DNA from: Anaeromyxobacteraceae bacterium
GTDB lineage: Bacteria > Myxococcota > Myxococcia > Myxococcales > Anaeromyxobacteraceae
DNA: 64,000 nt
Assembly: GCA_047602405.1 (NCBI GenBank)
Contig: JASGHJ010000001.1
Coordinates: 2,240,001-2,304,000, forward strand
Reading direction: 5' to 3'
The notes under the pieces were generated by a model. That model was not told where the DNA came from, searched no databases, and saw only the letters and a program-made list of their open reading frames with translations. Shown here in pieces: positions 40,888 to 50,254 of this stretch. The first letter of the stretch is position 1; each line of letters begins with the position of its first letter. Made by a program: the position numbers and the translations under genes.

Positions 40888-41016
40888 GCTCCAGAAGATG
40901 GCACGCAGGGTGGGGGTCGGCCAGTTGGCGACCGCCGCGTCGCGGCGAGTTTGCGCGTCCGCGACGGGGCGGTCACGGACGGACCCCATCCTCCGGGCCT
41001 CGAAAGGAGGTCGTCC

Positions 41017-41553
41017 ATGTCCGAACGCACCGTCCGGCCGCTGTGCCCCGAGGACTTCCCCGTCCTCATGAAGCTCGAGGAGGAGGTCTTCGGCGCCGAG
41101 GGCGAGTCCGTCCTCGGCCCGTACTACGTGCGGCTCTGCTGCGAGTTCTTCCAGGAGACCTGCTTCGTCGCCTACGACGGCGACGCGCCCGCCGGCTACG
41201 TGCTCTCGTTCCTGCGCGGCCGCGAGGCCTACTGCACGACGCTCGCGGTCGCGCCGGAGTACCAGGGCAGCCGCATCGCGTTCCTGCTCCTCAAGGCGCT
41301 CATCGCCGCCATCGCGCCGCGCGTCGACGCCTGCTGGTTCACCGTGAAGGAGGACAACCTCCAGGCGCGCTCGCTCCACCAGGCGCTCGGCGCGAAGGAG
41401 CTGGGCTTCCGGGACGACTTCTACGGCCCCGGCGACCGGCGGCTCGTCTCGCGCATCGAGCGCGACGCGTTCGACCGGCTCCGCGCGCGCTTCGAGCGGA
41501 TGGGGCTCGTGCAGCCCGTCGCGGACGAGGGCCTCGCGCTGGGGGCCGCGTGA
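41017..41553 (+). CDS. GNAT family N-acyltransferase
   Basis: AAGGAGG RBS; TTLAVAPEYQGSRIAFLLL and TVKEDNLQARSLHQALGA motifs. Confidence 0.85.
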   Translation: MSERTVRPLCPEDFPVLMKLEEEVFGAEGESVLGPYYVRLCCEFFQETCFVAYDGDAPAGYVLSFLRGREAYCTTLAVAPEYQGSRIAFLLLKALIAAIAPRVDACWFTVKEDNLQARSLHQALGAKELGFRDDFYGPGDRRLVSRIERDAFDRLRARFERMGLVQPVADEGLALGAA

Positions 41554-42251
41554 GCGCGCTCCGCGCCGCGGGGCGGCTCGCGCGGCTCGCCGGGATCGCC
41601 GCGGACGTGCTCGCCGGCCGGCGCCGGCTGCACGGGGCGAGCGCCGCGGCGCTCGAGGTGCTCGGCGTGAACGTGCTCGTGGACGGGCCGCTGCCGCCCC
41701 AGGGGGCGCTCCTCGCCGCGAACCACCTCTCGTGGCTCGACCCGCTCGTCGTCGCGTCGCTCGTGCCGTGCACGCCCATCGCGAAGGCCGAGCTCTCCGG
41801 GTGGCCGCTGCTGGGGCGCGCGGCGCGCGCGTGCGGCGTGCTCTTCGTCGAGCGCGGCGACGCGACCTCGGGGCTCGCGGTGAAGCGCGGCGCCCAGGCG
41901 GTCCTCGAGCGGGGCGGGCGGATCCTCAACTTCCCGGAGGGCACGACCACCCGCGGCGACGACGTGCTCGCGTTCCGGCCGGGCCTCTTCGGCACGGCCC
42001 GTCGCGCGGGCGCGCCGGTCGTGCCGGTCGCGATCACGCTCGAGCCCGCCGAGCTCGCCTGGACCGGCGACGACGCGTTCCTGCCGCACCTCCTCGCGCT
42101 CGCCGCGCGGCGACGCTCGGAGGCGCGGGTGCGCTTCGGCGCGCCGGTCCCGCCGCTGCTCTACCGGGACGCGGCCGCGCTCGCCGAGGCGGTGCGCGGC
42201 CGGGTCCTCGAGCTCCGCGGAGGTGCGCCGTGGCGCAGGACCCAGCCCTGA
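41550..42251 (+). CDS. PlsC/OlsA-like lysophospholipid acyltransferase
   Basis: ANHLSWLD (HX4D), IAKAEL..WPLLG, FVER and FPEGTT motifs; GTG overlaps the GNAT stop. Confidence 0.9.
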   Translation: MSALRAAGRLARLAGIAADVLAGRRRLHGASAAALEVLGVNVLVDGPLPPQGALLAANHLSWLDPLVVASLVPCTPIAKAELSGWPLLGRAARACGVLFVERGDATSGLAVKRGAQAVLERGGRILNFPEGTTTRGDDVLAFRPGLFGTARRAGAPVVPVAITLEPAELAWTGDDAFLPHLLALAARRRSEARVRFGAPVPPLLYRDAAALAEAVRGRVLELRGGAPWRRTQP

Positions 42252-43189
42252 CGTACCTCAGGCACGGGCAGTCGCCCTTCTTCCGGCTGCCGGTCTCGAT
42301 CGGCGCGCCGCCGCCCGGCACGCGCGCCGTCCTCATGGGCGTGCCGTTCGACCTCGGCACGACCTACCAGCCCGGCGCGCGGCTCGCGCCGTGGCACGTG
42401 CGGCGCGTCTCGGCGCTCCTGCAGGGCTGGCACCCGGTGCACGGCGTCGACGTGTTCGCCGAGGTGCCCGCGGTGGACGGCGGCAACGCGGCCTTCCCGC
42501 CGTTCGACCCCGGCGCGATGCGCGAGGCGGTGCAGGCGGAGGTGTCGCGCATCGCCGCCGCCGGCGCGGCGCCCTTCCTGCTCGGCGGCGATCACTCGAT
42601 CGTGCTCCCGGCACTCCGCGCGCTCGCGAAGGCCCGCGGGCCGCTCGCGGTCGTGCACGTGGACGCGCACCTCGACACGAGCGGGCCCGAGACCTGGGGC
42701 GAGGCGTTCCACCACGGCACGCCGTTCCGCCACGCGCTCGAGGAGGGGCTCGTCGCGCGGGGCGCGCTCTTCCAGGTCGGCATCCGCGGGCCCTGGGGCG
42801 CCTCGACCGACGCCGACCTCTCGCGGAGGCACGGCGGCGTGATCGTCTCCCCCGAGCTCGTCGACGCGGAAGGGCCCGGCGCGCTGGGCCGGCGCATCCG
42901 GGAGGCCTGCGGGGACCGGCCGACCTACGTCTCCTTCGACGTCGACGCGCTCGACCCGGCCTTCGTGCCCGGCACCGGCACGCCGGTCCCGGGCGGCCTC
43001 ACGACGCGCGAGGCGTTCGCGCTCCTGCGAGGGCTCGCGGGCGTGCGGCTCGCGGGCATGGACGTCGTGGAGGTCTGCCCGGCGCTCGACCACGGCGAGG
43101 CCACCTCCACCCTCGCGGCGCACCTCCTCTGGGAGGGGCTGGCGCTCCTCGCGGTGGAAGGGCGGAGGCGACCCGACCGGGCGGGGTAG
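42230..43189 (+). CDS. Agmatinase-like ureohydrolase
   Basis: GVPFD, GGDHSI, DAHLDT, HHGTPF, SFDVDALDP..PGTGTP, DVVEVCP motifs. Confidence 0.9.
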   Translation: MAQDPALTYLRHGQSPFFRLPVSIGAPPPGTRAVLMGVPFDLGTTYQPGARLAPWHVRRVSALLQGWHPVHGVDVFAEVPAVDGGNAAFPPFDPGAMREAVQAEVSRIAAAGAAPFLLGGDHSIVLPALRALAKARGPLAVVHVDAHLDTSGPETWGEAFHHGTPFRHALEEGLVARGALFQVGIRGPWGASTDADLSRRHGGVIVSPELVDAEGPGALGRRIREACGDRPTYVSFDVDALDPAFVPGTGTPVPGGLTTREAFALLRGLAGVRLAGMDVVEVCPALDHGEATSTLAAHLLWEGLALLAVEGRRRPDRAG

Positions 43190-43255
43190 GGCAAACGCCC
43201 ACACCGCTCCCTGGGCACGACGCGAGGCCAGTTCCGTATTAGCTTGTCGCTACCG

Positions 43256-43888
43256 ATGAGCGCGCCGAACCCGTGGACCGTGGTGCAGGCGAGCGACTAC
43301 GAGCGCTACATGGGCCCCGAGGGGCTCGATCAGCTCGGGACGCTGTCGTCCTTGTTCCAGGAGAGCTACCTCGCCGCGCAGCCGGACCGCGTCCTCGTGC
43401 TCGGCTCCGGCACCGGCAACGGCCTCGAGCACGTCGACCCCGCGGTCACCCGCCAGGTGACCTGCGTCGACGTGAACCTCCAGTACCTCGGCATCGCGCG
43501 CCAGCGGTACATGCACCTCGGGCCGAAGCTCGAGCTCTTCTGCTCGCCGGTCGAGAAGTTCCGCGCCGCCGCCGGCGCGTACGACCTCGTCGACGCCTCG
43601 CTCATCTTCGAGTACGTCCACCCCGAGACGCTCGTCCGCAAGATCGGCGAGTGGCTCCGGCCGGGCGGCACCTGCGTGGTCGTGCTCGAGCTCCCCGGCG
43701 GTGCGGGCCCGGAGCCCGAGTCGAAGCCGCTCAAGATCATCGAGCGCGCCGAGAAGCACGTGAAGCCGGCGGAGCTCGCCGCGCTGTTCGCCCAGCACGG
43801 CATGCCGAAGCGCCGCGAGCGCGAGGTGCCGTGCAAGCACGGCCGCAAGCTCTGGGCGGCGACGTTCGGGCGCCCGGCCGCGAAATAG
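43256..43888 (+). CDS. Class I SAM-dependent methyltransferase
   Basis: VLVLGSGTGNG motif I, VDVN, LIFEYV, LRPGG; start 43244 or 43256. Confidence 0.85.
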   Translation: MSAPNPWTVVQASDYERYMGPEGLDQLGTLSSLFQESYLAAQPDRVLVLGSGTGNGLEHVDPAVTRQVTCVDVNLQYLGIARQRYMHLGPKLELFCSPVEKFRAAAGAYDLVDASLIFEYVHPETLVRKIGEWLRPGGTCVVVLELPGGAGPEPESKPLKIIERAEKHVKPAELAALFAQHGMPKRREREVPCKHGRKLWAATFGRPAAK

Positions 43889-43923
43889 GGCCCCCTCGGG
43901 TGCGTATCCTGAACTGTTGAGCC

Positions 43924-43988
43924 TTGCTGCCGGGGTGGGGCCCCGGCGAGCTTTGCTCGACGGGGCGGGGCGCTGCCGAAGCGCCCCG
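43924..43988 (+). repeat. Two-hairpin dispersed repeat, family 2, copy 1
   Basis: TTGCTGCCGGGGTGGGG-CCCCGGCGAGC-TTT-GCTCGACGGGG-CGGGGCGCT-GCCGA-AGCGCCCCG. Confidence 0.85.
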
Positions 43989-44009
43989 GAGACAAGGAGA
44001 CCGAACGCC

Positions 44010-44342
44010 GTGCCCACCTGCCGCTACTGCCGCTCCGAGAACCTCCCGGGCGCCATCCGCTGCGCCCACTGCACGAGCTGGCTCGACGAGGCCCGCCGCC
44101 CGGTGCGCGAGTGGGAGCGCGCCCGCGACGGCAAGTGGATCGCGGGCGTCGCGCGCGGGCTCGCGAACCGCTTCGCGCTGCCGGTCGCGTTCGTGCGGCT
44201 CTGCTTCCTCTTCTCGCTGCTGTTCGGGGGCTGGGGCCTGCTCGCGTACGTCGCGCTCTGGATCGCGATGCCGCTCTCGCCGTACCCGCTGCCGACGCGG
44301 ACCGTCGAGGCGCCCGTCGGGCCGCCGCCGGGGTCGTTCTAG
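44010..44342 (+). CDS. Zinc-ribbon plus PspC domain protein
   Basis: AAGGAG RBS; CRYC..CAHC; RARDGKWIAGVARGLA..VRL..YVALWIAMP. Confidence 0.88.
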   Translation: MPTCRYCRSENLPGAIRCAHCTSWLDEARRPVREWERARDGKWIAGVARGLANRFALPVAFVRLCFLFSLLFGGWGLLAYVALWIAMPLSPYPLPTRTVEAPVGPPPGSF

Positions 44343-44346
44343 CGGC

Positions 44347-45273
44347 TCAGGCCTGGGTCGCGTCCTCGAAGACCTCGAGCGCGCCGCCGGCGACCTGCAC
44401 CGCGCCCACGGGCTTCAGGTTCGGCTCGAGCGCGGACGCGGCCTGGCCGACCAGGATCTGCCCCGGCGTCGCGAGCGCCGCGAGCCGCTCGGCGCGGTCC
44501 GCCGCGGCGCCGAGCGCGCCGAGGTCGACGCCGGCCGGCCCGCCGGAGGTGCCGGCCAGCACCTGCCCCACCTCGACCCCTGCCCGGACGTCGAGCCCGC
44601 CGAGGTCGCGCACCCGCTCGCGCGCGCCGCGCGCGGCGCGCAGCGCGTGGGGCACGTCGTCGGGGCCGGAGCCGGCGAGGCCGAAGAGCCCGAGCACGCC
44701 GACGCCCGCGAGCCGCGCCGCGACGCCACCCTCGTTCACGACCGCCGCGGCGCAGGCGTCGAGCGCCGAGCGCACCCGGGCGGCCGCGTCGACCGCGCCG
44801 GCGACCCCGGACGCGTGCAGGGAGAGCCGCAGCACCGCCGCCGGGCGGAGCGTGAGGGCGAGGGGGTCCTCGGACTCGGGCGTGAGCGAGGGCCGCGGCG
44901 CCGGCTCGGACTTGATGGTCCCGCGGGACTCGCGGTCCCGGGGAGGGGCCGGGGTGGCGACCGGCTTCTTGACCGGCTCCCAGCTCGAGACCGCCGCGAA
45001 CCGCACCTCGGTCTTGCCGAACCGGAGGAGCGCCCCGTCCGGCACCTTCGCCTCGTTGACGCGCTCGTCCGCGAGGAACGTTCCGTTGCGGCTCTCGAGG
45101 TCGATGACCCAGACCTCCGGGCCCCGGCGCTCGAACATCGCGTGCATGCTCGAGATCCAGGGATCGCCGATCTGCAGGTGCGACTCCGGCGAGCGGCCGA
45201 GCACGGTGGGGATGTCCGGCAGCACGAACACCGTGCCGGCGCATACACCGTTCAGCACCACGATCTCGGCCAA
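44347..45273 (-). CDS. FHA domain protein with a degenerate class III nucleotide cyclase-like domain
   Basis: LGRS..ISSMHA..DLESRNGT (FHA); VRAGVEVGQVLAG..ALGAAADRAERLAALATPGQILV (cyclase-like); start 45273 (TTG) or 45312. Confidence 0.8.
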   Translation of the reverse strand: MAEIVVLNGVCAGTVFVLPDIPTVLGRSPESHLQIGDPWISSMHAMFERRGPEVWVIDLESRNGTFLADERVNEAKVPDGALLRFGKTEVRFAAVSSWEPVKKPVATPAPPRDRESRGTIKSEPAPRPSLTPESEDPLALTLRPAAVLRLSLHASGVAGAVDAAARVRSALDACAAAVVNEGGVAARLAGVGVLGLFGLAGSGPDDVPHALRAARGARERVRDLGGLDVRAGVEVGQVLAGTSGGPAGVDLGALGAAADRAERLAALATPGQILVGQAASALEPNLKPVGAVQVAGGALEVFEDATQA

Positions 45274-45332
45274 GAGCGCGCGTCCCCTTCCTCGGAAGCC
45301 CCGAAGGCCCATGATACCTTACCTCCGCGCTC

Positions 45333-46805
45333 ATGGCCGTGTCGCACCCGCAGCAGCCCCGCGTCCGGGAGGGCGACCGCATCGGGACCGTTCCCGACGG
45401 CATGATCGGCAGGGTGCTCGGCGATCGATATCGCGTGCTGTCGCGCCTGGGCGAGGGCGGGATGGGCACCGTCTACCTCTGCGAGCACGCCGTCCTGCGC
45501 CGCCGCTTCGCGTTGAAGGTGCTCCGGCCGGAGCTCGGCGACGACCCGGAGCTCGTCGAGCGCTTCCGCAACGAGGCCATCGCCGCGAGCCGCATCGGCC
45601 AGGAGAACGTCGTCGACGTGGTCGACTTCGGGGCCGAGGAGGACGGGGCGCTCTACTACGTCATGGAGGCGCTCGACGGTCGGTCGGTGGGGGCGATCCT
45701 CCGCGACGAGGGGCCGTTCGCGGTCAGCCGCACGCTCTCGCTCCTCGAGCAGACCTGCCGGGCGCTGGCCGCCGCGCACGCGCGCGGCGTCGTGCACCGC
45801 GACGTGAAGCCGGAGAACGTCTTCGTGGTCCGCCGCGAGGAGGCGGAGCGGGTCAAGATCCTCGACTTCGGGATCAGCCACGTGCCCGCCGAGATGACCG
45901 GCTCGAAGATCACCCGCGCCGGCTCCATCATCGGCACGCCGGAGTACATGGCGCCGGAGCAGGCGAACGGCGAGCCCATCGACCACCGCGCCGACGTCTA
46001 CGCCGTGGGCGTCCTCGCCTACGAGATGCTCACCGGACTCCTGCCCTTCGAGGCGAACGGCCCGGTCGCGACGCTGGTCGCCGCGCGCGAGCAGCCGGTC
46101 GAGCCGCCCTCGAGGAAGCGCAAGGACATCCCGGTCGAGGTCGATCGGATCGTCGTCCGCGCGCTCGCGAAGAAGCCGGACGACCGGTTCCCCTCGATGC
46201 TCGACTTCGCCGCCGAGCTCCTGCGCGTGCGCGCCGGCATCTTCGGCGCGGGCTCCACGCCGGACCCGGTGCGCGGGCAGTCGCCCACGATGCGCTACGA
46301 GCCGGCGCCCCGGAAGTCGCGGCCGCGCAGCGGCACGCTCGCGGTGGGCGAGCCCACCCCGGAGCTCTCCGGCGGCCGGCCGACCCTGCCGCGCGGCCTG
46401 CGCGGGCTCACGCGCCGCCGCACGGCCATCGCGGCCGGCGCGGTGCTGCTCCTCCTCGCGATCGTGGGCGGGACGTACGCCTGGCTGCGCCAGCCGCCCG
46501 CTCCGGCGGCGGTCGCCGCGGCCCCCGCGCCCGCGACGCCTCCGCCGGCCGCGCCCACGCCGGCGGGGCCCGAGCCGGTCGCCGCCGCGCAGCCGGCGCC
46601 CGCGCCGCCCGTCGAGCTCATCCCGCCGGCCGCGCCGGTCGCCGCCCCCGTGGAGGAGCGCGTCCAGGTCCCGTCGGTCCTGGCCCGGCCCGCCCCGAGG
46701 AAGGCTGTCCAGAAGGCCGCCGCCCCGCCGAAGAAGAAGCCGAGCGCCGAGGAGCCGATCCAGGATCCTTACGGCGACGACCTCAAGCCGAACCCCTTCA
46801 AATGA
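45333..46805 (+). CDS. Membrane-anchored Hanks-type Ser/Thr protein kinase
   Basis: LGEGGMGTVY, ALK, HRDVKPEN, DFG, GTPEYMAPEQ motifs; TM helix and Pro-rich tail. Confidence 0.95.
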   Translation: MAVSHPQQPRVREGDRIGTVPDGMIGRVLGDRYRVLSRLGEGGMGTVYLCEHAVLRRRFALKVLRPELGDDPELVERFRNEAIAASRIGQENVVDVVDFGAEEDGALYYVMEALDGRSVGAILRDEGPFAVSRTLSLLEQTCRALAAAHARGVVHRDVKPENVFVVRREEAERVKILDFGISHVPAEMTGSKITRAGSIIGTPEYMAPEQANGEPIDHRADVYAVGVLAYEMLTGLLPFEANGPVATLVAAREQPVEPPSRKRKDIPVEVDRIVVRALAKKPDDRFPSMLDFAAELLRVRAGIFGAGSTPDPVRGQSPTMRYEPAPRKSRPRSGTLAVGEPTPELSGGRPTLPRGLRGLTRRRTAIAAGAVLLLLAIVGGTYAWLRQPPAPAAVAAAPAPATPPPAAPTPAGPEPVAAAQPAPAPPVELIPPAAPVAAPVEERVQVPSVLARPAPRKAVQKAAAPPKKKPSAEEPIQDPYGDDLKPNPFK

Positions 46806-47791
46806 TCCGGCTCCGACCCTCCGCCATCGTCTCCCTGCTCCTGCTCGCGTGCGCCGCGCTCCCCGCGCGCGCGGACGAGGCCGCCGAGGCCAAGATCCAC
46901 TACGCGGAGGGCACGCGGCTCTACCGCGCGCAGAAGTACCGCGCCGCGATCGTGGAGTTCGAGAACGCGTACCGGAAGAAGCCGCACGGCGCGATCCAGT
47001 ACAACCTCGCCCAGTGCCACGAGAAGCTCGGCGAGTGGCCCGCGGCGCTGCGCAGCTACCACGACTACCTGCGCGAGCTGCCCGGCGCGGGCGACCGCAA
47101 CACCGTGCTCGCCACCATCCGCCGCCTCGAGCAGAAGCTCGCCGACACCGGCGTGCAGGTGCTGCTCGTCTACACCGACCCGCTCGGCGCCGAGGTGCGC
47201 GTCGACGGGAAGGTGCGGGGCGCGACCCCGTTCCACGTGGTGCTGCCGCCCGGCGACTACGCGGTGACGCTCACCCGCACCGGCTACCAGACGCTGACGC
47301 GCGACGTCGTGATGGGCGCCCGCGGCTCGCAGATCGTCGACGAGAAGCTCCGCCCCGCCGAGGCGAGGCCGGTGCCGCTCCCGCCGCCGCCCGTCGCCTC
47401 CGCGCCGCAGACCACCGTGCCGCCGCCGCAGGCGACCACCGCGCCCGCGGCGAAGCCCGACCTCACGCCGGCCGCGCCCTCGTCGACCGGCCCGGGTGTC
47501 GTCGCGAAGCTCCCGCCGCCCGCGCCGCCGGGCCGGTCCACCTTCGAGCGCAAGCCCTTCACGTGGGCCGCCGCCGGCGCGACCGCCGCGGCGCTCGCCG
47601 GGGGCATCTACTTCGGGATGCACGCGAAGTCGCTCTCGAGCGAGCTGCGCGACGGCACCCCGCGGACGAACGCGGCCTCGCTCGCGAGCGACGCGAAGTC
47701 CTCGTCGAAGCGCGCCAACATCCTGTACGGCGTCGCGGGCCTCTCGGCCGCCGCGGGCGCCACGCTGTTCTTCGTGGAGGGTTCGTTCTGA
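46802..47791 (+). CDS. Secreted TPR plus PEGA domain protein
   Basis: Signal peptide, TPR helices (YNLAQCHEKLG), PEGA (TDPLGAEVRVDG..GATP), C-terminal hydrophobic hairpin ending EGSF. Confidence 0.85.
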   Translation: MIRLRPSAIVSLLLLACAALPARADEAAEAKIHYAEGTRLYRAQKYRAAIVEFENAYRKKPHGAIQYNLAQCHEKLGEWPAALRSYHDYLRELPGAGDRNTVLATIRRLEQKLADTGVQVLLVYTDPLGAEVRVDGKVRGATPFHVVLPPGDYAVTLTRTGYQTLTRDVVMGARGSQIVDEKLRPAEARPVPLPPPPVASAPQTTVPPPQATTAPAAKPDLTPAAPSSTGPGVVAKLPPPAPPGRSTFERKPFTWAAAGATAAALAGGIYFGMHAKSLSSELRDGTPRTNAASLASDAKSSSKRANILYGVAGLSAAAGATLFFVEGSF

Positions 47792-49548
47792 TGCGCCGCG
47801 CGATCCTCCTGTTGCCCGCGCTCTCCGCGCTCGCCGCCTGCTCCGTGGAGCTGGAGGGGGCCGCGTGCGCCGTGCCCGGCGAAGGCGACCAGTGCCCGGC
47901 GGGGCAGAAGTGCGGGAACGACCTCCGCTGCTCGGTCCGGGCGGCGGATCCGGATTGCGGGTTCTGTTCCCTCGGTTCGGTCAGTTGCTCTGCTGTCGGG
48001 AACGCACTCGAGACCTGCGTGAAGGTCGACGAGGTCTGCCACCAGACACGGTCGGACGACTGTGCCGCCGACAACAAGGTCTGTGAGACTGGGGCATGCC
48101 GGGGGAAGCCCTGCTCGACGCCCGGGTCTACCGCGTCCTGCCCGACGAACCAGGCGTGTGGCTACGACAACCGGTGCAGCGTGGAGGCCGCAGGCTCCAC
48201 GTGCGCCTTTTGCGACCTCGGAGCGAAGCAGTGCAACGGCGCGAAGACCAAGGTCCAGGTCTGTCAAGCGAACGGTACCGTGTGCCGCGCCTGGGCGGAC
48301 GACACCGACTGCTCGGCGAACAGCCTTATCTGCGCCCCGAAGGGCCCAAGCGTGGCGTGCGAATGCAGTGCGCCCGCGGGGACGGTCGCGGTTGACCAGC
48401 AGAACTCCGGGAGCGGAGGCGTCACGCCCACGGGCGCCCCTCAACCTGCCGGATGCCGCCTGCAAACGCTCGAGGCCGCGTTCGCGAAGTCGGGCGTGAC
48501 CACGCTGCAGATCTACCCGGGCACCTACGTTCTGTCTTCGCCTCACTCCATACCGAAGGGAATGGTTGTGAGCGGCCAGGGGACTCCCGCTCAGGTGATC
48601 GTCCAGGCCACATCGGCTGGGACGGACATCCTTCAACTCGCTTCAGGGAGCACAATGGAGCACCTGCGCCTGGAGGCCAACGCCGACTACACGGGCGCCG
48701 CGCTGAAGGTGGATTGCGCAGGGGACACGGCTCCCGTGACCCTGAATGACGTGAAGGTGCTCGGCGCGAGCAAGGTCGTTCGTGGGATTTCGATGGAGGG
48801 CGGCTGTGGCCTCGCCGCGACTGGCCTAGAGGTCTCCGGTGCCAAGGCAGATGGTGTCTACCTGAACCTTGCGGCCACGTCGTTGCCCTCGGCTACGCTG
48901 GATGCGACGAGCACGATTCACGACAACGGTGGTAACGGGGTTCACGTTCTGGCTGGGAAGCTCGTCGCAACCGGTACGAACGTGTCAGCGAACACAATCC
49001 ACGGGATCTTTGCCGAGTTCACGAGCGCGTCGACTCCGTTCGACATCGCGCTGGATGGCGTCGACCTCCACGAGAACCAGGGGACCGGTCTGTTCTTGAA
49101 GGATGTCGCCGACGCCACCGGCACCAAGGTCTCGGTGAAGAACTCGAAGCTGCGGAAGAACGCGGGTTCCAGGGATGAGTCGCTCTACAGCACAGGCCGA
49201 CGTGCGGGCGGTGCGCTCTTCTGGGGTAACGCGCCGACGAGCTTCGTTTTCACGGGCAACACCGTGTGCTCGAACGGTGGCGCGACCGTAGACGACGCCG
49301 CGGTGTACTCGAGCAGCAACCCCAGTTGGAGGATGGGCACGGTGGACAGCGCCGGGTGCGCTGCCACCGCGAACACGTTCTACGATGGGGCAGGCGGGCG
49401 CCTCCTGTATTCGACGAACGCAGTTGACGTCACCCCTGCCATCAACAACATCTGGCCTGCGGATCCCCCCGCGAGCGCAAGCTACTTCAACGCGATTGTG
49501 ACCCCGACCTGCGCCGCCGCTTTCACGGTCCCGTCGGCCTGCCAGTGA
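47791..49548 (+). CDS. Cys-rich lipoprotein with a C-terminal parallel beta-helix-like domain
   Basis: LSALAAC lipobox, two Cys-rich repeats, IYPGTY, beta-helix-like turns (IHDNGGNGV, SANTIHGI, HENQGTGL). Confidence 0.75.
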   Translation: MRRAILLLPALSALAACSVELEGAACAVPGEGDQCPAGQKCGNDLRCSVRAADPDCGFCSLGSVSCSAVGNALETCVKVDEVCHQTRSDDCAADNKVCETGACRGKPCSTPGSTASCPTNQACGYDNRCSVEAAGSTCAFCDLGAKQCNGAKTKVQVCQANGTVCRAWADDTDCSANSLICAPKGPSVACECSAPAGTVAVDQQNSGSGGVTPTGAPQPAGCRLQTLEAAFAKSGVTTLQIYPGTYVLSSPHSIPKGMVVSGQGTPAQVIVQATSAGTDILQLASGSTMEHLRLEANADYTGAALKVDCAGDTAPVTLNDVKVLGASKVVRGISMEGGCGLAATGLEVSGAKADGVYLNLAATSLPSATLDATSTIHDNGGNGVHVLAGKLVATGTNVSANTIHGIFAEFTSASTPFDIALDGVDLHENQGTGLFLKDVADATGTKVSVKNSKLRKNAGSRDESLYSTGRRAGGALFWGNAPTSFVFTGNTVCSNGGATVDDAAVYSSSNPSWRMGTVDSAGCAATANTFYDGAGGRLLYSTNAVDVTPAINNIWPADPPASASYFNAIVTPTCAAAFTVPSACQ

Positions 49549-49815
49549 CTACACCGTCCGCGTCCGCCTGCCCATCGCGACGCCCGCGATGAGGAGGAGC
49601 GCGATGGCGCCGATGATGCTGCCGATGAACCCGGCCGACTGGTAGCTGTCGGCGTGCGAACCGGTGATCGCGCTCGCCACGAGGCCGCCCACGAGCGAGC
49701 CGGCGATCCCGAGCAGCGTGGTGGTGACGAGCCCCATGCTCTGCCGCCCAGGCACGAGCGCGCGCGCGATGAGACCGATGACGAACCCGAACACGATCCA
49801 GGCGAGAATGCCCAT
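49549..49815 (-). CDS. GlsB/YeaQ/YmgE family membrane protein
   Basis: MGILAWIVFGFVIGLIARALVPG..LLGIAGSLVGG..SIIGAIALL. Confidence 0.9.
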   Translation of the reverse strand: MGILAWIVFGFVIGLIARALVPGRQSMGLVTTTLLGIAGSLVGGLVASAITGSHADSYQSAGFIGSIIGAIALLLIAGVAMGRRTRTV

Positions 49816-49954
49816 GGCTACCTCCCTCTCTCCGATGAAGGTAGGCCCCGGCGCACACCCGGCCCGGCCGCCCGGCCGCAGGGCGGGCCCTTCCTTGACG
49901 CGCCCCAGGGACGCGGGTAGCGTCGGAACCCGGCTCCACGAAAGGGGTTTCGGC

Positions 49955-50254
49955 GTGCGGCTCCTCCTCACGGTCCTCGCGATCGCCGCGCTGGCGGGCT
50001 GCGGCCCGGTCCGGTCCACCGCCAACCTCTCCGAGGCCGAGGTGGCCCTCGAGGCCGCCCGCGCCGCCGGCGCGAGGGACTCGGCCACCTTCGAGTACGT
50101 CTCCGCCGAGGCCTACCTCCGGAAGGCGAAGGAGACCGCGAACCGCGCCCGCTACGAGGCGAGCATCGACTTCGCGAAGAAGGCCACCCAGCTCGCGAAG
50201 GAAGCGCGGGAGAAGGCGCTCTCCTCCTCGAACCGCGGTCCGGAGGCGCCGTGA
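49955..50254 (+). CDS. DUF4398 domain lipoprotein
   Basis: LAGC lipobox; AEVALEAARAAGA..EYVSAEAYLRKA. Confidence 0.8.
   Translation: MRLLLTVLAIAALAGCGPVRSTANLSEAEVALEAARAAGARDSATFEYVSAEAYLRKAKETANRARYEASIDFAKKATQLAKEAREKALSSSNRGPEAP

Noticed and set aside
40899..40915. Sigma54 promoter (TGGCAC)
   Set aside because: The -12 TTGC element is missing at the required spacing
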